In this document: in pieces, positions 52,651-62,237 of the stretch
How positions within the stretch are numbered: position 1 is the first letter of the stretch
How the letters are laid out: each line of letters starts with the position of its first letter
Assembly (NCBI GenBank): GCA_035525495.1
Contig: DATLED010000042.1
Location: 11,038 to 75,037 of the forward strand
Origin: Acidimicrobiales bacterium
Lineage (GTDB): Bacteria > Actinomycetota > Acidimicrobiia > Acidimicrobiales > CADCTF01
DNA length: 64,000 nt
Direction: 5' to 3'
The notes under the pieces: generated by a model
The model's database searches: none
Told to the model about the DNA's origin: nothing
Seen by the model: only the letters and a program-made list of their open reading frames with translations
Translations under genes and position numbers: made by a program

Positions 52651-54899
52651 CCCTGCCACCTCCAGGCATGCCCCTGCTGACTCTCGCCGCGGACGCCGAT
52701 GGCCGACGGGATCCGATAGCGGACGGGAACGACGTCGCGCTCCTGCTCGGCGCCGGCGTCTGCGCTCGTGCCGACGGTGGAGCTGGCGAACTTCGGGGCG
52801 AGGGTGGCGCGAGCCATGTCGCCCTCCATCACGCGGTAGTTGCCCATGAGGCTCGGGACGTAGATGCCCTGGCGCATGGCCACGCGGCGCAGCCATGCAT
52901 CGCGACCGGCGAACACCAGGCCTCCGAGGCCGCTCGGGTAGAACAGCAGGATCAGCATGACGCCCATGCCACTCGCCAGGAGCTGGCCGAAGTTGCCGGA
53001 CACGAAGATGTTGACGAGGGCGATGTACAGCACGCCGGTCAGCGCTCCCGGCACCGATCCGAGCCCGCCGATGATGGCGATCAGGAAGATCTGCACGCTG
53101 TGCTCGGGCAGGAAGGCGGTCTGGCGCACGGAGTATTGCTGGTGGGCGAGCAGCACGCCGGCGAACGACGCCAGGAAGCCGGAGATGGCGAACGTGGCAA
53201 GCCGGGTCCGGACGCGGTTGACGGCGAAGGCCTGGGCCGTCCGCTCGTTCTCCCGCATGGCGATGAGCACCCGTCCGGCTCGGCTCTTGCGGATGCCGCT
53301 GGCCACCCAGAGAGCGAACAGCAGTGCGGCGACGCAGAGGTAGTAATAGACGCGCGGGTCCTCGGAGTCGAGGAACAGGAACTTCGGCCTGGTGATCGAT
53401 CCGGGCAGCAGCCAACCGAAGAAGCGGGGGTTCAGCACGACGCTGGTGACGGCCACCGCGAAGGCGAGCGTGGTCACGGCGAGGAAGAGCCCGGTGATGC
53501 GCATCGCGGGTAGCCCGACTGCGACGGCCATCGCGGCGCCGATCAGCGAGGCCGCGATCAACGCGATCAGGAACGGCCATCCCGCCCGCGAAGTGAGCGA
53601 GCTCCCGACGACGGCGCCGATGGCCACGAAGGCGAACTGGCCGAGGCTGATCTGGCCGCCCCAGCCCGTGAGCACGACGAGAGAGATGACGACGATCCCG
53701 TAGATCACGAACACCGTGCCCTGGCTGGTCTGGCTCGGCGACATCACCCACGGGAAGGCGGCGACCACGAGGCCGAGCACGACGAGGCTCCGCCGGAGCC
53801 CTGCCCGCACGGTCGGGATGTCCCGCAGCTCCTTCGGCACCGGGCGCACCTCGACGCTGGCCGCCCACGTGCCCGTCGTCCCTTCGTCGGTGCGGGAGGA
53901 CTGCGAGCGCTGCACGAGGAGCACGACCACGATCAGGATCAGCAGCGCCATGTCCATCATGGCCGTGTTGTCGAACGCCCAGAACATGCATCGCTCGAAG
54001 ATGGCGATGCCCATCGCCGCCGCCACCGTGATCGGCAGGTTCTCCATGCGCCCGACGACCGCGGCGCCGAGCGCCCGCAACAGCACGCTGGCGCTGGCGC
54101 CCCCGACGGCGGCCACGCCGAAGATCGTCGGCTGGATCGTGAGGTTCAGGATCGCCGCCAGCCCGGAGAGGGTCGCGGCCAGCACCCACACGAACGTCGA
54201 CAGGTTGCTCGTGTTGATGCCGAGCAACGCGGCACGGTCGTCGTTCTCGGCGGCGCCGCGGACCGCTATGCCCACGCTCGAGAGCCGGAAGAAGAGCGCG
54301 AGGCCGCCCATGACGGCGAGCGACACGACGACCACCAGGACGTGATTGCCGGTAAAGATCAGCGGCGACGCCCGCCACTCGAAGGTCGAGAAGGGCGTGC
54401 GCAGCCCACCGGTCGGTAGTTCGGTGACGTCGCGGAGGAAGAAGATCGGCAGGATCCCGGCGGCCGCGAGCAGCACCTGGCCGAGGCCGATGGTCACGAC
54501 CGTCAACGCCAGACGGGGCGCCTTGGCGAGGCGACGCACGAGCGAAACCTCGACGACGAGGCCGACAGCAGCAGAGGCGGCCACGGACACCGGGAGCGCG
54601 AAGAAGAAGTTCCATCCCTTGACCACCACGAGCATCAGGAACAGCGTGGCGCCGATGACGCCCAGGATCCCCTGCGCGAAGTTGACGATGCGGCTGGCGC
54701 GGTAGACCAGCACCAGGCCGATGGCGAACATTGCGTTGACGCCGCCGTAGACGATCGCCTGGAGGAACGCAGGCGGCGGAACCCAGTTGCCGCTCTCGAT
54801 GCGGCAGACGATCGTGCCCCCGACGGCGGAGCCGACCAGAGCGAGGGCGGAGAGTCCGGCGCGGCGCGCCTTGTCGACCGGCGTCTCGGCCCCGCTCAC
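52647..54899 (-). CDS. Fused LivH-LivM-type branched-chain/hydrophobic amino-acid ABC transporter permease (750 aa)
   Basis: The N-terminal half is LivH-like (GGVNAMFAIGLVLVYRASRIVNFAQG). The C-terminal half is LivM-like (VLTGWGGQISLGQFAFVAIGA). About 18 TM segments. GTG start at 54899. Confidence 0.9.
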   Translation of the reverse strand: MSGAETPVDKARRAGLSALALVGSAVGGTIVCRIESGNWVPPPAFLQAIVYGGVNAMFAIGLVLVYRASRIVNFAQGILGVIGATLFLMLVVVKGWNFFFALPVSVAASAAVGLVVEVSLVRRLAKAPRLALTVVTIGLGQVLLAAAGILPIFFLRDVTELPTGGLRTPFSTFEWRASPLIFTGNHVLVVVVSLAVMGGLALFFRLSSVGIAVRGAAENDDRAALLGINTSNLSTFVWVLAATLSGLAAILNLTIQPTIFGVAAVGGASASVLLRALGAAVVGRMENLPITVAAAMGIAIFERCMFWAFDNTAMMDMALLILIVVVLLVQRSQSSRTDEGTTGTWAASVEVRPVPKELRDIPTVRAGLRRSLVVLGLVVAAFPWVMSPSQTSQGTVFVIYGIVVISLVVLTGWGGQISLGQFAFVAIGAVVGSSLTSRAGWPFLIALIAASLIGAAMAVAVGLPAMRITGLFLAVTTLAFAVAVTSVVLNPRFFGWLLPGSITRPKFLFLDSEDPRVYYYLCVAALLFALWVASGIRKSRAGRVLIAMRENERTAQAFAVNRVRTRLATFAISGFLASFAGVLLAHQQYSVRQTAFLPEHSVQIFLIAIIGGLGSVPGALTGVLYIALVNIFVSGNFGQLLASGMGVMLILLFYPSGLGGLVFAGRDAWLRRVAMRQGIYVPSLMGNYRVMEGDMARATLAPKFASSTVGTSADAGAEQERDVVPVRYRIPSAIGVRGESQQGHAWRWQG

Positions 54900-55142
54900 G
54901 TCTTCGATGCCGTGAACACTCGCCCGACGCGCGCGCGGCGGCAGTCGCGACCAACGTGAGCCATGAACCCCCCGGTACGGTCAGTTCCCCAGAAGCCGAT
55001 TCGACAGTTGCCCGGCGAAGTCCTGCCACCCGGGACTGCACGTGCTGCGAGACACTACAACCCGCAGCTGACGCTAGAGTCAACAGCACCGGGCTCCGCG
55101 AGCGCCAGCAGCGCGCCGACGACCGGACTGGGGGGTCCACCG

Positions 55143-56846
55143 ATGCCAGCAAAGTCCTCAGGGCGATCCAGCAGCGGCCGCTTCGTGCCCGTCGGCTACC
55201 TCATCGTCGCGGTCACGGCCGCCTTCCTGCTGTTGCCGACGGCGCTGCGTCCCCCCGTCGATCAGCAGAGCTCGTCGGCCGCCTTCTCGCCGGACGCGCC
55301 GCCCGACGACACACCGCCCGAGGCCCTCCTCCAGGCGATCCGCCAGGCGAGCTCGTCGACCGCGGGGGCCACGGTCAACGACGAGCCGCCGCCGCCGCCG
55401 GAGGACCCCGAGACGATCACCGTGCAGGGCACGGCCCCGCCGCCGAAGCCACGCGCCGTCCGTAACCGCTGCTTCGGCGAGAACCCTCCGCGACAGACCG
55501 AGTCGATCTACTCGGCGGTGTGCGTCCCGGCGTGGACGGGTGACGACAACGGCGGCGCCACCGCCTTCGGCGTCACCAAGGAAGAGGTCCGCATCGGTCT
55601 CACGATCGGTGAGAGCGCGCCCGAGCCGGAGGGACCGATCCCGACGTCGTTCTCCGACACCGACACCGACGACATGCACGACTTCATCGTCTGGCAGACG
55701 TACTTCAACGAGCGCTTCGAGATGTACGGCCGCAAGATGCGCTTCGTACTGGCCAAGCAGTCGATCACCGACGAGGACCAGCAGCGCCAGTCCGTGCAGA
55801 AGTTCAAGGAGTTCGGCGCGTTCGCCATCACCGCCGGCGGTTACGGCCAGTCGTCGTCCGCCCAGGCGGAGAGCGTGCGCCAGCACATCATCGACTTCGG
55901 CTCCGTCCTGAACCCGTGCTCCTTCTACCGGAACAACCATCCCTACGCCTTCTCGTTCATCATCGACGGCTGCAAGGCCCGGTCGATGCACACCGAGCTC
56001 GCCTGCAAGCAGTTCGCGGGCAAGCCGCCCGGCCCGCTCAACGAGAAAAAGGACCTGTTGATGAACTACGAGCAGCCCCGCAAGTGGGGGCTGATCCTGT
56101 ACCAGGACGAGTCGCACTACGGCGGAACGCAGGCCTATGTCGACGACATGGCCAAGTGCGGCGTGGAGTTCGCGGCGAAGCAGGAGTTCAACCTCACCAG
56201 CTCGCAGGAGAACATCGCCGGGACGATGGCCAAGATGAAGCAGGCCGGCGTCACCACGATCATCATCGCCACCGAGGTGTACACGCCGATCGTGCTCACC
56301 GCCGAGGCGACCAAGCTCCAGTACTTCCCCGAGTGGGTGCAGATCGGCCTGGAGATCCCCGACTCGGCCCGCCTGTACGACCAGGACCAGGCCAAGCACA
56401 TGGTCGGCCTCGCCGGACTCGAGATCCCTCGCATCAAGACCGACCGCGACTACTACCGGGCGTACAAGGAGATCGACCCCGAGGGAGACCCCGCCGACGT
56501 CGCCTTCCGCAGCCTCCAGCAGATCGCCGGCGGCATCCAGGGCGCCGGCCCCAAGCTCACGCCGGCGACGTTCTGGGAGGGCCTGCAGAAGCTGCCCCAG
56601 CGGGTCCCCGAGCCCATCTGGTCGATCGGGGGAGGGTACGGACCGAACGACTACACATACATGGACTACACCTCGTTGATCTGGTGGGACCCTGCCGGCA
56701 AGGACCCGAACTCCTCGTACGCCGGCGCGTGGCAGTTCGTCCACTTCGGCAAGCGGTACCGACCCGGTGAGTTCCCGACCGGGCCCGTGCCCTGGTTCGA
56801 CAAGACCCAGTCGTTCACCTCACCGCCGAAGGGCAGCTTCGGCTGA
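55143..56846 (+). CDS. Membrane-anchored ABC transporter substrate-binding protein (type I periplasmic-binding fold, LivK-like), divergent from the permease
   Basis: ATG at 55143 within track ORF 54963..56846. N-terminal anchor FVPVGYLIVAVTAAFLLLPTAL and a Pro/Ala linker. Then GVTKEEVRIGLTIG, KEFGAFAITAGGYG and MKQAGVTTIIIATE, resembling Peripla_BP_6 proteins. The family call is by eye only. Confidence 0.65.
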   Translation: MPAKSSGRSSSGRFVPVGYLIVAVTAAFLLLPTALRPPVDQQSSSAAFSPDAPPDDTPPEALLQAIRQASSSTAGATVNDEPPPPPEDPETITVQGTAPPPKPRAVRNRCFGENPPRQTESIYSAVCVPAWTGDDNGGATAFGVTKEEVRIGLTIGESAPEPEGPIPTSFSDTDTDDMHDFIVWQTYFNERFEMYGRKMRFVLAKQSITDEDQQRQSVQKFKEFGAFAITAGGYGQSSSAQAESVRQHIIDFGSVLNPCSFYRNNHPYAFSFIIDGCKARSMHTELACKQFAGKPPGPLNEKKDLLMNYEQPRKWGLILYQDESHYGGTQAYVDDMAKCGVEFAAKQEFNLTSSQENIAGTMAKMKQAGVTTIIIATEVYTPIVLTAEATKLQYFPEWVQIGLEIPDSARLYDQDQAKHMVGLAGLEIPRIKTDRDYYRAYKEIDPEGDPADVAFRSLQQIAGGIQGAGPKLTPATFWEGLQKLPQRVPEPIWSIGGGYGPNDYTYMDYTSLIWWDPAGKDPNSSYAGAWQFVHFGKRYRPGEFPTGPVPWFDKTQSFTSPPKGSFG

Positions 56847-56856
56847 GCCTTCGCGG

Positions 56857-57309
56857 TCAGCGGCAGCGGACCGTGGGCGGAAGCGCGGGGTCGGCGCCGT
56901 CCGACGCCGCCAGCCCCTCGAGGTAGCCGCGCAGCGAGGTCCGAGCGTCGAAGACGCCCGGACGGGTGCAGCGCAGCACCGCGACCGCCGACACGCGCGC
57001 GTACGCGGAGGCGCTGAACAGCGCGTCGCAATGGCCCCGCTGGCGATCATCGGACGCATCCGCGCGGCAGGCCTCGGCTTCGTGTTGCAGCCGGCGCGAG
57101 ATCCTGGTGAACGTGACGCCGGCGTCGGTGGCGGTCGCGAAGTTGGCGTCGTCTCGTGCCATGCGCCGCGCCTCCTCCAACGGCGACGAACCGTCTGCCG
57201 AGCAGAGCGTGGCACCGATCGCGATCAACCCTGCTGCCGCGATCGCACCGACGACGATCCGGCGGCGGAGTTCAGGCGCGAGGGAGCGCGGCGCGGACGA
57301 ATCGTCCAT
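56857..57309 (-). CDS. Membrane-anchored hypothetical protein with 4 Cys
   Basis: Track ORF 56857..57348, with the start placed at ATG 57309 (MDDSSAP...RRRIVVGAIAAAGLIAIGATLCS). It overlaps the upstream lipoprotein gene by 38 nt, so the start is uncertain. Confidence 0.45.
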   Translation of the reverse strand: MDDSSAPRSLAPELRRRIVVGAIAAAGLIAIGATLCSADGSSPLEEARRMARDDANFATATDAGVTFTRISRRLQHEAEACRADASDDRQRGHCDALFSASAYARVSAVAVLRCTRPGVFDARTSLRGYLEGLAASDGADPALPPTVRCR

Positions 57310-58315
57310 AGCGATCCACCCTGACGGTCTCCTCCTTGGTGGGCGCAACGACCTCGACGGGCTCGCCGTACTGGGAGACCTCGAGGGTCACCGTCACGAT
57401 GTTGTGCACCCGCGGGATGAGCCGCTGCTCGAAGGAGAAGCGCGAGCGCCGCAGGCGCCCGTCGTCGTCAACCCAGTACTCCGCCTTGTGCACGTCTCCG
57501 CCCACGCCCACGAGCTGGAAGACATGACGGCGGGTCTCGCTCTGCTCGTCGGACAGGGAGAGCTCCGAGGTGGCCTTGTCGATCGACATGTTGGCCCGGT
57601 AGTGGCGTGTGGGAACGCCGGCGACGGGCTCGGTGCCGACGAGCTCGACGCTGCCGGCGAGCGTGCCCTCGGCCAGGTCGAGGAGGTACTTCGGGTTGAT
57701 GGTGTTGGCGAAGGCGTAGAGCCGGTCCGCGGCGGAGAGTCCGGACTGGTCGGGCGCCCGCTCGTCCGCCGGGAGCCGCCCGAAGTCCAGCCGGGCCCAG
57801 ACGCGGCGCTCGGCGGGCCGCCGGTTGACCCGTTTCACGAAGGCGATGTCGCCCTGGAACATGGCCGTCGGCGCATTCGCGTCGACGGGCGGGGCCGGAT
57901 CCGCCCGCAGGGTCGTGGGCGGCGAGGCGGCGGGATCGCGTGTCGCCGACTCGGGTTCCGGATCGGGCTTCGCGGGGACGGCAAGGACGATGTCGGTGCG
58001 GGCCCTGGCGAAGTCGAAGCGGACGGGCACCGACACCTGCTGAACGGCCGCGGCACCCGCCAGCGCGCCCGCCACTGCGGGGCGCGACGCGACGGCGGTC
58101 GTCGAGCGCTTCGGTGTCGCCTCGATGGTGACCGTGCCTGCGCCGGTGCCGGCGGCGACCGCCTTCGACCGCGTGGAGGTGATGACCGTCGCCCGCTGTT
58201 GCTTGTCACCGACGCCGCAGGCGCCGCCGGATCCGGCGGCCAACAGCACCGCGGTCAACGCCGCCGCGCCTCGCGCTCGTCCCCGTTGTCGCACCACAGC
58301 CCCCCAGCCGTTCAA
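57272..58315 (-). CDS. Lipoprotein (347 aa), possibly LppX/LprAFG-like
   Basis: Lipobox LLAAGSGGAC after a basic N-terminus. The body is beta-rich (GTEPVAGVPTRHYRANMSIDKA...AEYWVDDDGRLRRSRFSF). The family assignment is tentative. Confidence 0.6.
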   Translation of the reverse strand: MNGWGAVVRQRGRARGAAALTAVLLAAGSGGACGVGDKQQRATVITSTRSKAVAAGTGAGTVTIEATPKRSTTAVASRPAVAGALAGAAAVQQVSVPVRFDFARARTDIVLAVPAKPDPEPESATRDPAASPPTTLRADPAPPVDANAPTAMFQGDIAFVKRVNRRPAERRVWARLDFGRLPADERAPDQSGLSAADRLYAFANTINPKYLLDLAEGTLAGSVELVGTEPVAGVPTRHYRANMSIDKATSELSLSDEQSETRRHVFQLVGVGGDVHKAEYWVDDDGRLRRSRFSFEQRLIPRVHNIVTVTLEVSQYGEPVEVVAPTKEETVRVDRYGRFVRAALPRA

Positions 58316-58333
58316 GTGGCCGAGGGTAGTGAC

Positions 58334-61300
58334 TCAGGCGACGGCGTGCTCGGCGTCCTCGCCGGCGTACGTGCGCCAGAGGCGGGCATAGACGCCGTTG
58401 ACGGCCAGCAGCTCGTCGTGCGATCCGAGCTCGACGACCGTGCCCGCGTCGACGACGGCGATGCGATCCGCCCGCTGCGCCGACTGCAGTCGGTGAGCGA
58501 TGAGCAACGTGGTGCGACCCTCGCTGACGACGCCCATGGCCTTGACGACCCGCGACTCGGTGGCGAGGTCGAGATTGGCCGTCGCCTCGTCGAGGATGAG
58601 GACGGCCGGATCCACGAGATACGCGCGCGCCAGGGCGATGAGCTGGCGTTGGCCCGCCGACAGCGACCGGCCGCGCTCGACGACCGGCTGGTGGTAGCCG
58701 CCGGTCAGGCGGGCGATGAAGTCATGCGCCCCGACGGCGCGGGCGGCGGCCTCGACCTCGGCGTCGGTGGCGTCCGGCCGTCCGTACGCGATGTTGTCCC
58801 GCACCGTTCCACTGAACAGGAACGCCTCCTGGGGGACGTAGCCGAGCTGATGGCGGAAGTGCTCGAGGTCGAGCTCGGTGAGGGGCACGCCGTCGATGCG
58901 GACGACGCCGGAGGTCGGGTCGTAGAAGCGGGCGACGAGCTTCACGATCGTCGACTTGCCGGCTCCCGTCTCGCCCACCAACGCCAGGGTCTCGCCAGAA
59001 CGGACCTCGAGGTTCACGTGGACGAGAGCGGGCGACGAAGCGGTCTCGTACTGAAAACCGACGTCCTCGAAGTGGATCTCGCCCCGGAGGCGCTGGCGGA
59101 CCGGCGAAGGCGCGGCCGGTGTGGCGACCGGCATGGCCAGCAGATCGGCGATCTTCTTGAGCGCGGCCCGCCCTTGCTGGTAGGTGTCGAACACCTGGGA
59201 CAGCTGCTGGATGGGCGAGAACACCGTCGTCAGGTACAGGACGAAGGCGATCAGCGCGCCCCGGGTGAGTGACCCGTCGTGCACCATCCCGGACCCGACT
59301 CCGAGGACGATCACCGTCGCCACCGCGGACAGCAGCTCAACGAACGGGAAGTAGGTGGAGGACGCCATCGTTCCCTCGAGGCGAGCACCGCGGTGCTCGC
59401 CCGCGACCCGCTGGAACTCCTGGACGTTACGACCCTCCCGGACGAACGCCTGGGCGACCCGCACGCCGGAGATCGACTCTTGGAAGTTGGCGTTCACGGC
59501 GGCGACGCGGTCGCGCACGCGGTCGTAGGCCTTCTCCGAGCGCGACCGGAACTTCAGTGTCGCCAGCACGAGGGGCGGAACGACGAGCAGAACCGCAAAG
59601 GCCAACCTCACGTTCATCGTGAAGAGGATGCCGACGACCCCGACGAACGTGACGAGCTGCACGAGGGCATCGATGAATCCAGTCTGCAACAGGGACTGCA
59701 GGGCCTCGACGTCCGAGGTCATGCGGGTCATGATCCGGCCCGCCATCTCCTTGTCGTAGAAGTCGAGACCGAGCCGTTGCAGGTGGGCGAAGATTCGTAG
59801 CCGCAACGACAGGAGCATCTGCTGGCCGAGCCGGCCGGTGACGATGGCAACGACCCACGACAGCGCGCGGGTGAGCAGGACCGCACCGACGAACAGGCCG
59901 CTGGCGAGCCACACCCAGTCGAGGTCGCCCTTGGTCACGCCGTGGTCGACGCCGAGGCGGATGAGAAACGGGCCGGCGAGCATCGCGAGGGCGTTGGCGC
60001 CGACGAGCAACGTCGCGAACGCGAGGCGCCGCCGTTGCGGCGCCAGGAGCCGCTGCAGCGAGAAGTCGGGTTGCGGCGTCGTCTGCTCGTCGAGGTCGAT
60101 GCCGGGCTCGTCGACGATCGGAGGGAGCGCGTCGATCGCTTCCATGAGCTCGGGTGTCGGCGGGGCCGAGAGCCGGCCGGCGAAGCCGCCACCGCCGCCC
60201 ATCCCGCCACCGCCCCCCATGCCTTCGCGGAGCTTGGCGTAGGCGGCGCGCCTGGCGTCGGCGATCGTGGCGTCGTCGGCCGGCTGCTGCCACGCCGCCG
60301 TCGTCACGCCCGCGGACGAGACCACGATGGCCTCTTCGGGAGTCACCGTCTCGAGATCGTCGCCGGGTCCGGCGAGCAGCTCGCGGTAGAGCTTGCAGCG
60401 GTCGAGGAGCTCTTCGTGGGTGCCGGCATCGACGACCTCGCCGGCGTCGAGGAGCACGATGCGGTCGGCCAGGTGGAGGGTCGAGCGACGGTGGGCGACG
60501 AGCAGGGTCGTCCGGCCTGCCATCAGCTCCCGGAGCGTGGCGTGGATCTCCTCCTCGATTCGCACGTCGACCGATGAGGTCGCGTCGTCGAGGAGCAGGA
60601 TGCGGGGATCGGTGAGCAGTGCCCGGGCGAGGGCCAACCGCTGGCGCTGGCCGCCCGAGAGCGTGAGGCCGCGCTCGCCCACGACCGTCTCGTAGCCCAG
60701 CGGTAGCGCCTCGATGAACTCGTCGGCGCGAGCCGCCCGCGCCGCCGAACGGATCTCGTCCATCGATGCGTCGGGCTTGCCGTAGGCGATGTTCGAGGCG
60801 ACCGAGTCGGAGAAGAGGAAGGACTCCTCGAACACGACACCGATCTGGCGACGCAAGGATTGCATCGTGACGTCGCGGATGTCGGTGCCGTCGATGGTGA
60901 TGGAGCCGGACTGCACGTCGTAGAAGCGGGGGAGCAGCAGGGCCACGGTCGACTTGCCCGAGCCGCTCGTGCCTACGAGGGCGACGGTTTCGCCTGGCGC
61001 GACGCGGAGGTCGAATCGCTTGAGCACGGGCTCGGAGCGAAGGTAGCCGAAGCTCACGTCCCGGAACACGACGTCACCCACGACGACGTCAGCGAGCTCG
61101 ACGGCGTCCGCCTTCTCCTCGACGTCGCCCGTGGAGTCGAGCAACTCATAGATGCGCTCGGCGGCGGCGCGCGCCGTCTGCGCCATCACGAGCATCCCCG
61201 CGACCTGTCGGACGGGGGCGACCAGCTGGAGCAACGACGTCTGGAAGGCGAGGAACGTGCCCAGGGTGATGTCGCCCTTGACGACGAGCCAGCCGCCGAG

Positions 61301-62107
61301 GGCCAGGATCAGCACCTGGGAGAGGCTCGGGACGACCTGCATCGTCGCCTGCCGGCGGGCCGAGATCCGGACGTTGCGCATGCGGGCGCCGAACAGGTTC
61401 ACGGCCGCGTTCGACAGGCGAGCCAGCTCCCGGCGCTCCTGGCCGAAGCCCTTCACGACGCGCACTCCGCTGACCGCCTCGTCGACGACCGACGCGACCT
61501 CGGCGGCGCGCTGCTGCGCGTCCCAGCTCGAGGGATAGACGATCTTCCGCATCCGCAGGGCCATCACGAACAGGAGCGGCACGCAGATGAGGGCGACGAG
61601 GGTCAGCGGGACCGACAGCGTCGACATGATCCCGATGGACAGGAAGAACAGCAGGATGTTGGCGCTCATGAACGGCAGGTAGCCGAAGAGCGTCTGGAGC
61701 ATCCGGACGTCGCTGTTGGCCCGGCTCACGAGCTGGCCCGCCTGGAACTCGTCGTGGCGCGCGAAGTCGAGCCGGTGCAGGTGCTCGTAGATCTCGTTGC
61801 GCATGTCGAACTCGATGTCGATGCTGATGCGTCCGGCCCCGTAGCGCCGAAGGAAGCTGAGCGCGAAGCGGACGGCGCCGAGGACGAGCAGCGTCAGGAG
61901 GAACGGAGCCAGCGGCCGGCTGTCGTGGAGGATCGAGTCGTCCACGACGGAGCGCATCACCAGGGGGATGGCGGCGGTCACGGCCATGCCCCCGAGGGCT
62001 GCGCCGAACACGAAGATCAGATCGCGCCTGTGCCGGAGTACGTAAGGCAGCGTGCGCCGGATCCACCCGGCCGCCGGCGCCTCCGCGGTGGGCGTCGTCG
62101 AGCTCAT
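58334..62107 (-). CDS. Fused full-length ABC exporter (TMD-NBD-TMD-NBD, type I exporter/MDR-like)
   Basis: Two ABC_membrane halves and two NBDs. NBD1: GTSGSGKSTV, LSGGQRQRLALARAL, LLLDDATSSVD. NBD2: GETGAGKSTI, LSAGQRQLIALARAY, LILDEATANLD. They are joined by the linker REGMGGGGGMGGGGGFAGR. Confidence 0.9.
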   Translation of the reverse strand: MSSTTPTAEAPAAGWIRRTLPYVLRHRRDLIFVFGAALGGMAVTAAIPLVMRSVVDDSILHDSRPLAPFLLTLLVLGAVRFALSFLRRYGAGRISIDIEFDMRNEIYEHLHRLDFARHDEFQAGQLVSRANSDVRMLQTLFGYLPFMSANILLFFLSIGIMSTLSVPLTLVALICVPLLFVMALRMRKIVYPSSWDAQQRAAEVASVVDEAVSGVRVVKGFGQERRELARLSNAAVNLFGARMRNVRISARRQATMQVVPSLSQVLILALGGWLVVKGDITLGTFLAFQTSLLQLVAPVRQVAGMLVMAQTARAAAERIYELLDSTGDVEEKADAVELADVVVGDVVFRDVSFGYLRSEPVLKRFDLRVAPGETVALVGTSGSGKSTVALLLPRFYDVQSGSITIDGTDIRDVTMQSLRRQIGVVFEESFLFSDSVASNIAYGKPDASMDEIRSAARAARADEFIEALPLGYETVVGERGLTLSGGQRQRLALARALLTDPRILLLDDATSSVDVRIEEEIHATLRELMAGRTTLLVAHRRSTLHLADRIVLLDAGEVVDAGTHEELLDRCKLYRELLAGPGDDLETVTPEEAIVVSSAGVTTAAWQQPADDATIADARRAAYAKLREGMGGGGGMGGGGGFAGRLSAPPTPELMEAIDALPPIVDEPGIDLDEQTTPQPDFSLQRLLAPQRRRLAFATLLVGANALAMLAGPFLIRLGVDHGVTKGDLDWVWLASGLFVGAVLLTRALSWVVAIVTGRLGQQMLLSLRLRIFAHLQRLGLDFYDKEMAGRIMTRMTSDVEALQSLLQTGFIDALVQLVTFVGVVGILFTMNVRLAFAVLLVVPPLVLATLKFRSRSEKAYDRVRDRVAAVNANFQESISGVRVAQAFVREGRNVQEFQRVAGEHRGARLEGTMASSTYFPFVELLSAVATVIVLGVGSGMVHDGSLTRGALIAFVLYLTTVFSPIQQLSQVFDTYQQGRAALKKIADLLAMPVATPAAPSPVRQRLRGEIHFEDVGFQYETASSPALVHVNLEVRSGETLALVGETGAGKSTIVKLVARFYDPTSGVVRIDGVPLTELDLEHFRHQLGYVPQEAFLFSGTVRDNIAYGRPDATDAEVEAAARAVGAHDFIARLTGGYHQPVVERGRSLSAGQRQLIALARAYLVDPAVLILDEATANLDLATESRVVKAMGVVSEGRTTLLIAHRLQSAQRADRIAVVDAGTVVELGSHDELLAVNGVYARLWRTYAGEDAEHAVA

Positions 62108-62237
62108 GACTACTTAGGTTACCGAAATAGTTCGAGAGACGAAAGACCGAATGGACGGCGGATATGCTCGCCAGTCGAAGGAACGAGCCAGCTGGGGGTT
62201 CGCCGTTCCCATGGACACGGCCAGAGGGGGAGGATGG

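Noticed and set aside
54900-55142. Promoter-like elements (TTGACT/TAGAGT-like hexamers near 55065-55080) in the divergent permease/SBP intergenic region
   Set aside because: The hexamer matches are weak and the spacing is ambiguous. They are not reported as features without 5'-end data.
49648-55152. 1834-aa ORF in the six-frame track, which would be a giant protein
   Set aside because: Only the C-terminal 1000 aa (from ATG 52650) have protein-like composition and domains. The N-terminal ~830 aa are Arg/Pro/Gly-rich and lie in a shadow frame of the genuine LivH-LivM permease gene (52647..54899).
55158-59272. 528-aa minus-strand ORF (55158..56744) and 768-aa plus-strand ORF (56966..59272)
   Set aside because: They are antisense to the substrate-binding protein and to the lipoprotein and ABC exporter genes respectively. 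Both have low-complexity Arg/Gly/Asp composition.
60170-60245. GGC/GGG-rich stretch that might be a simple-sequence repeat
   Set aside because: It encodes the Gly/Met linker (GMGGGGGMGGGGG) between the two halves of the fused ABC exporter, so it is an in-frame coding low-complexity region.
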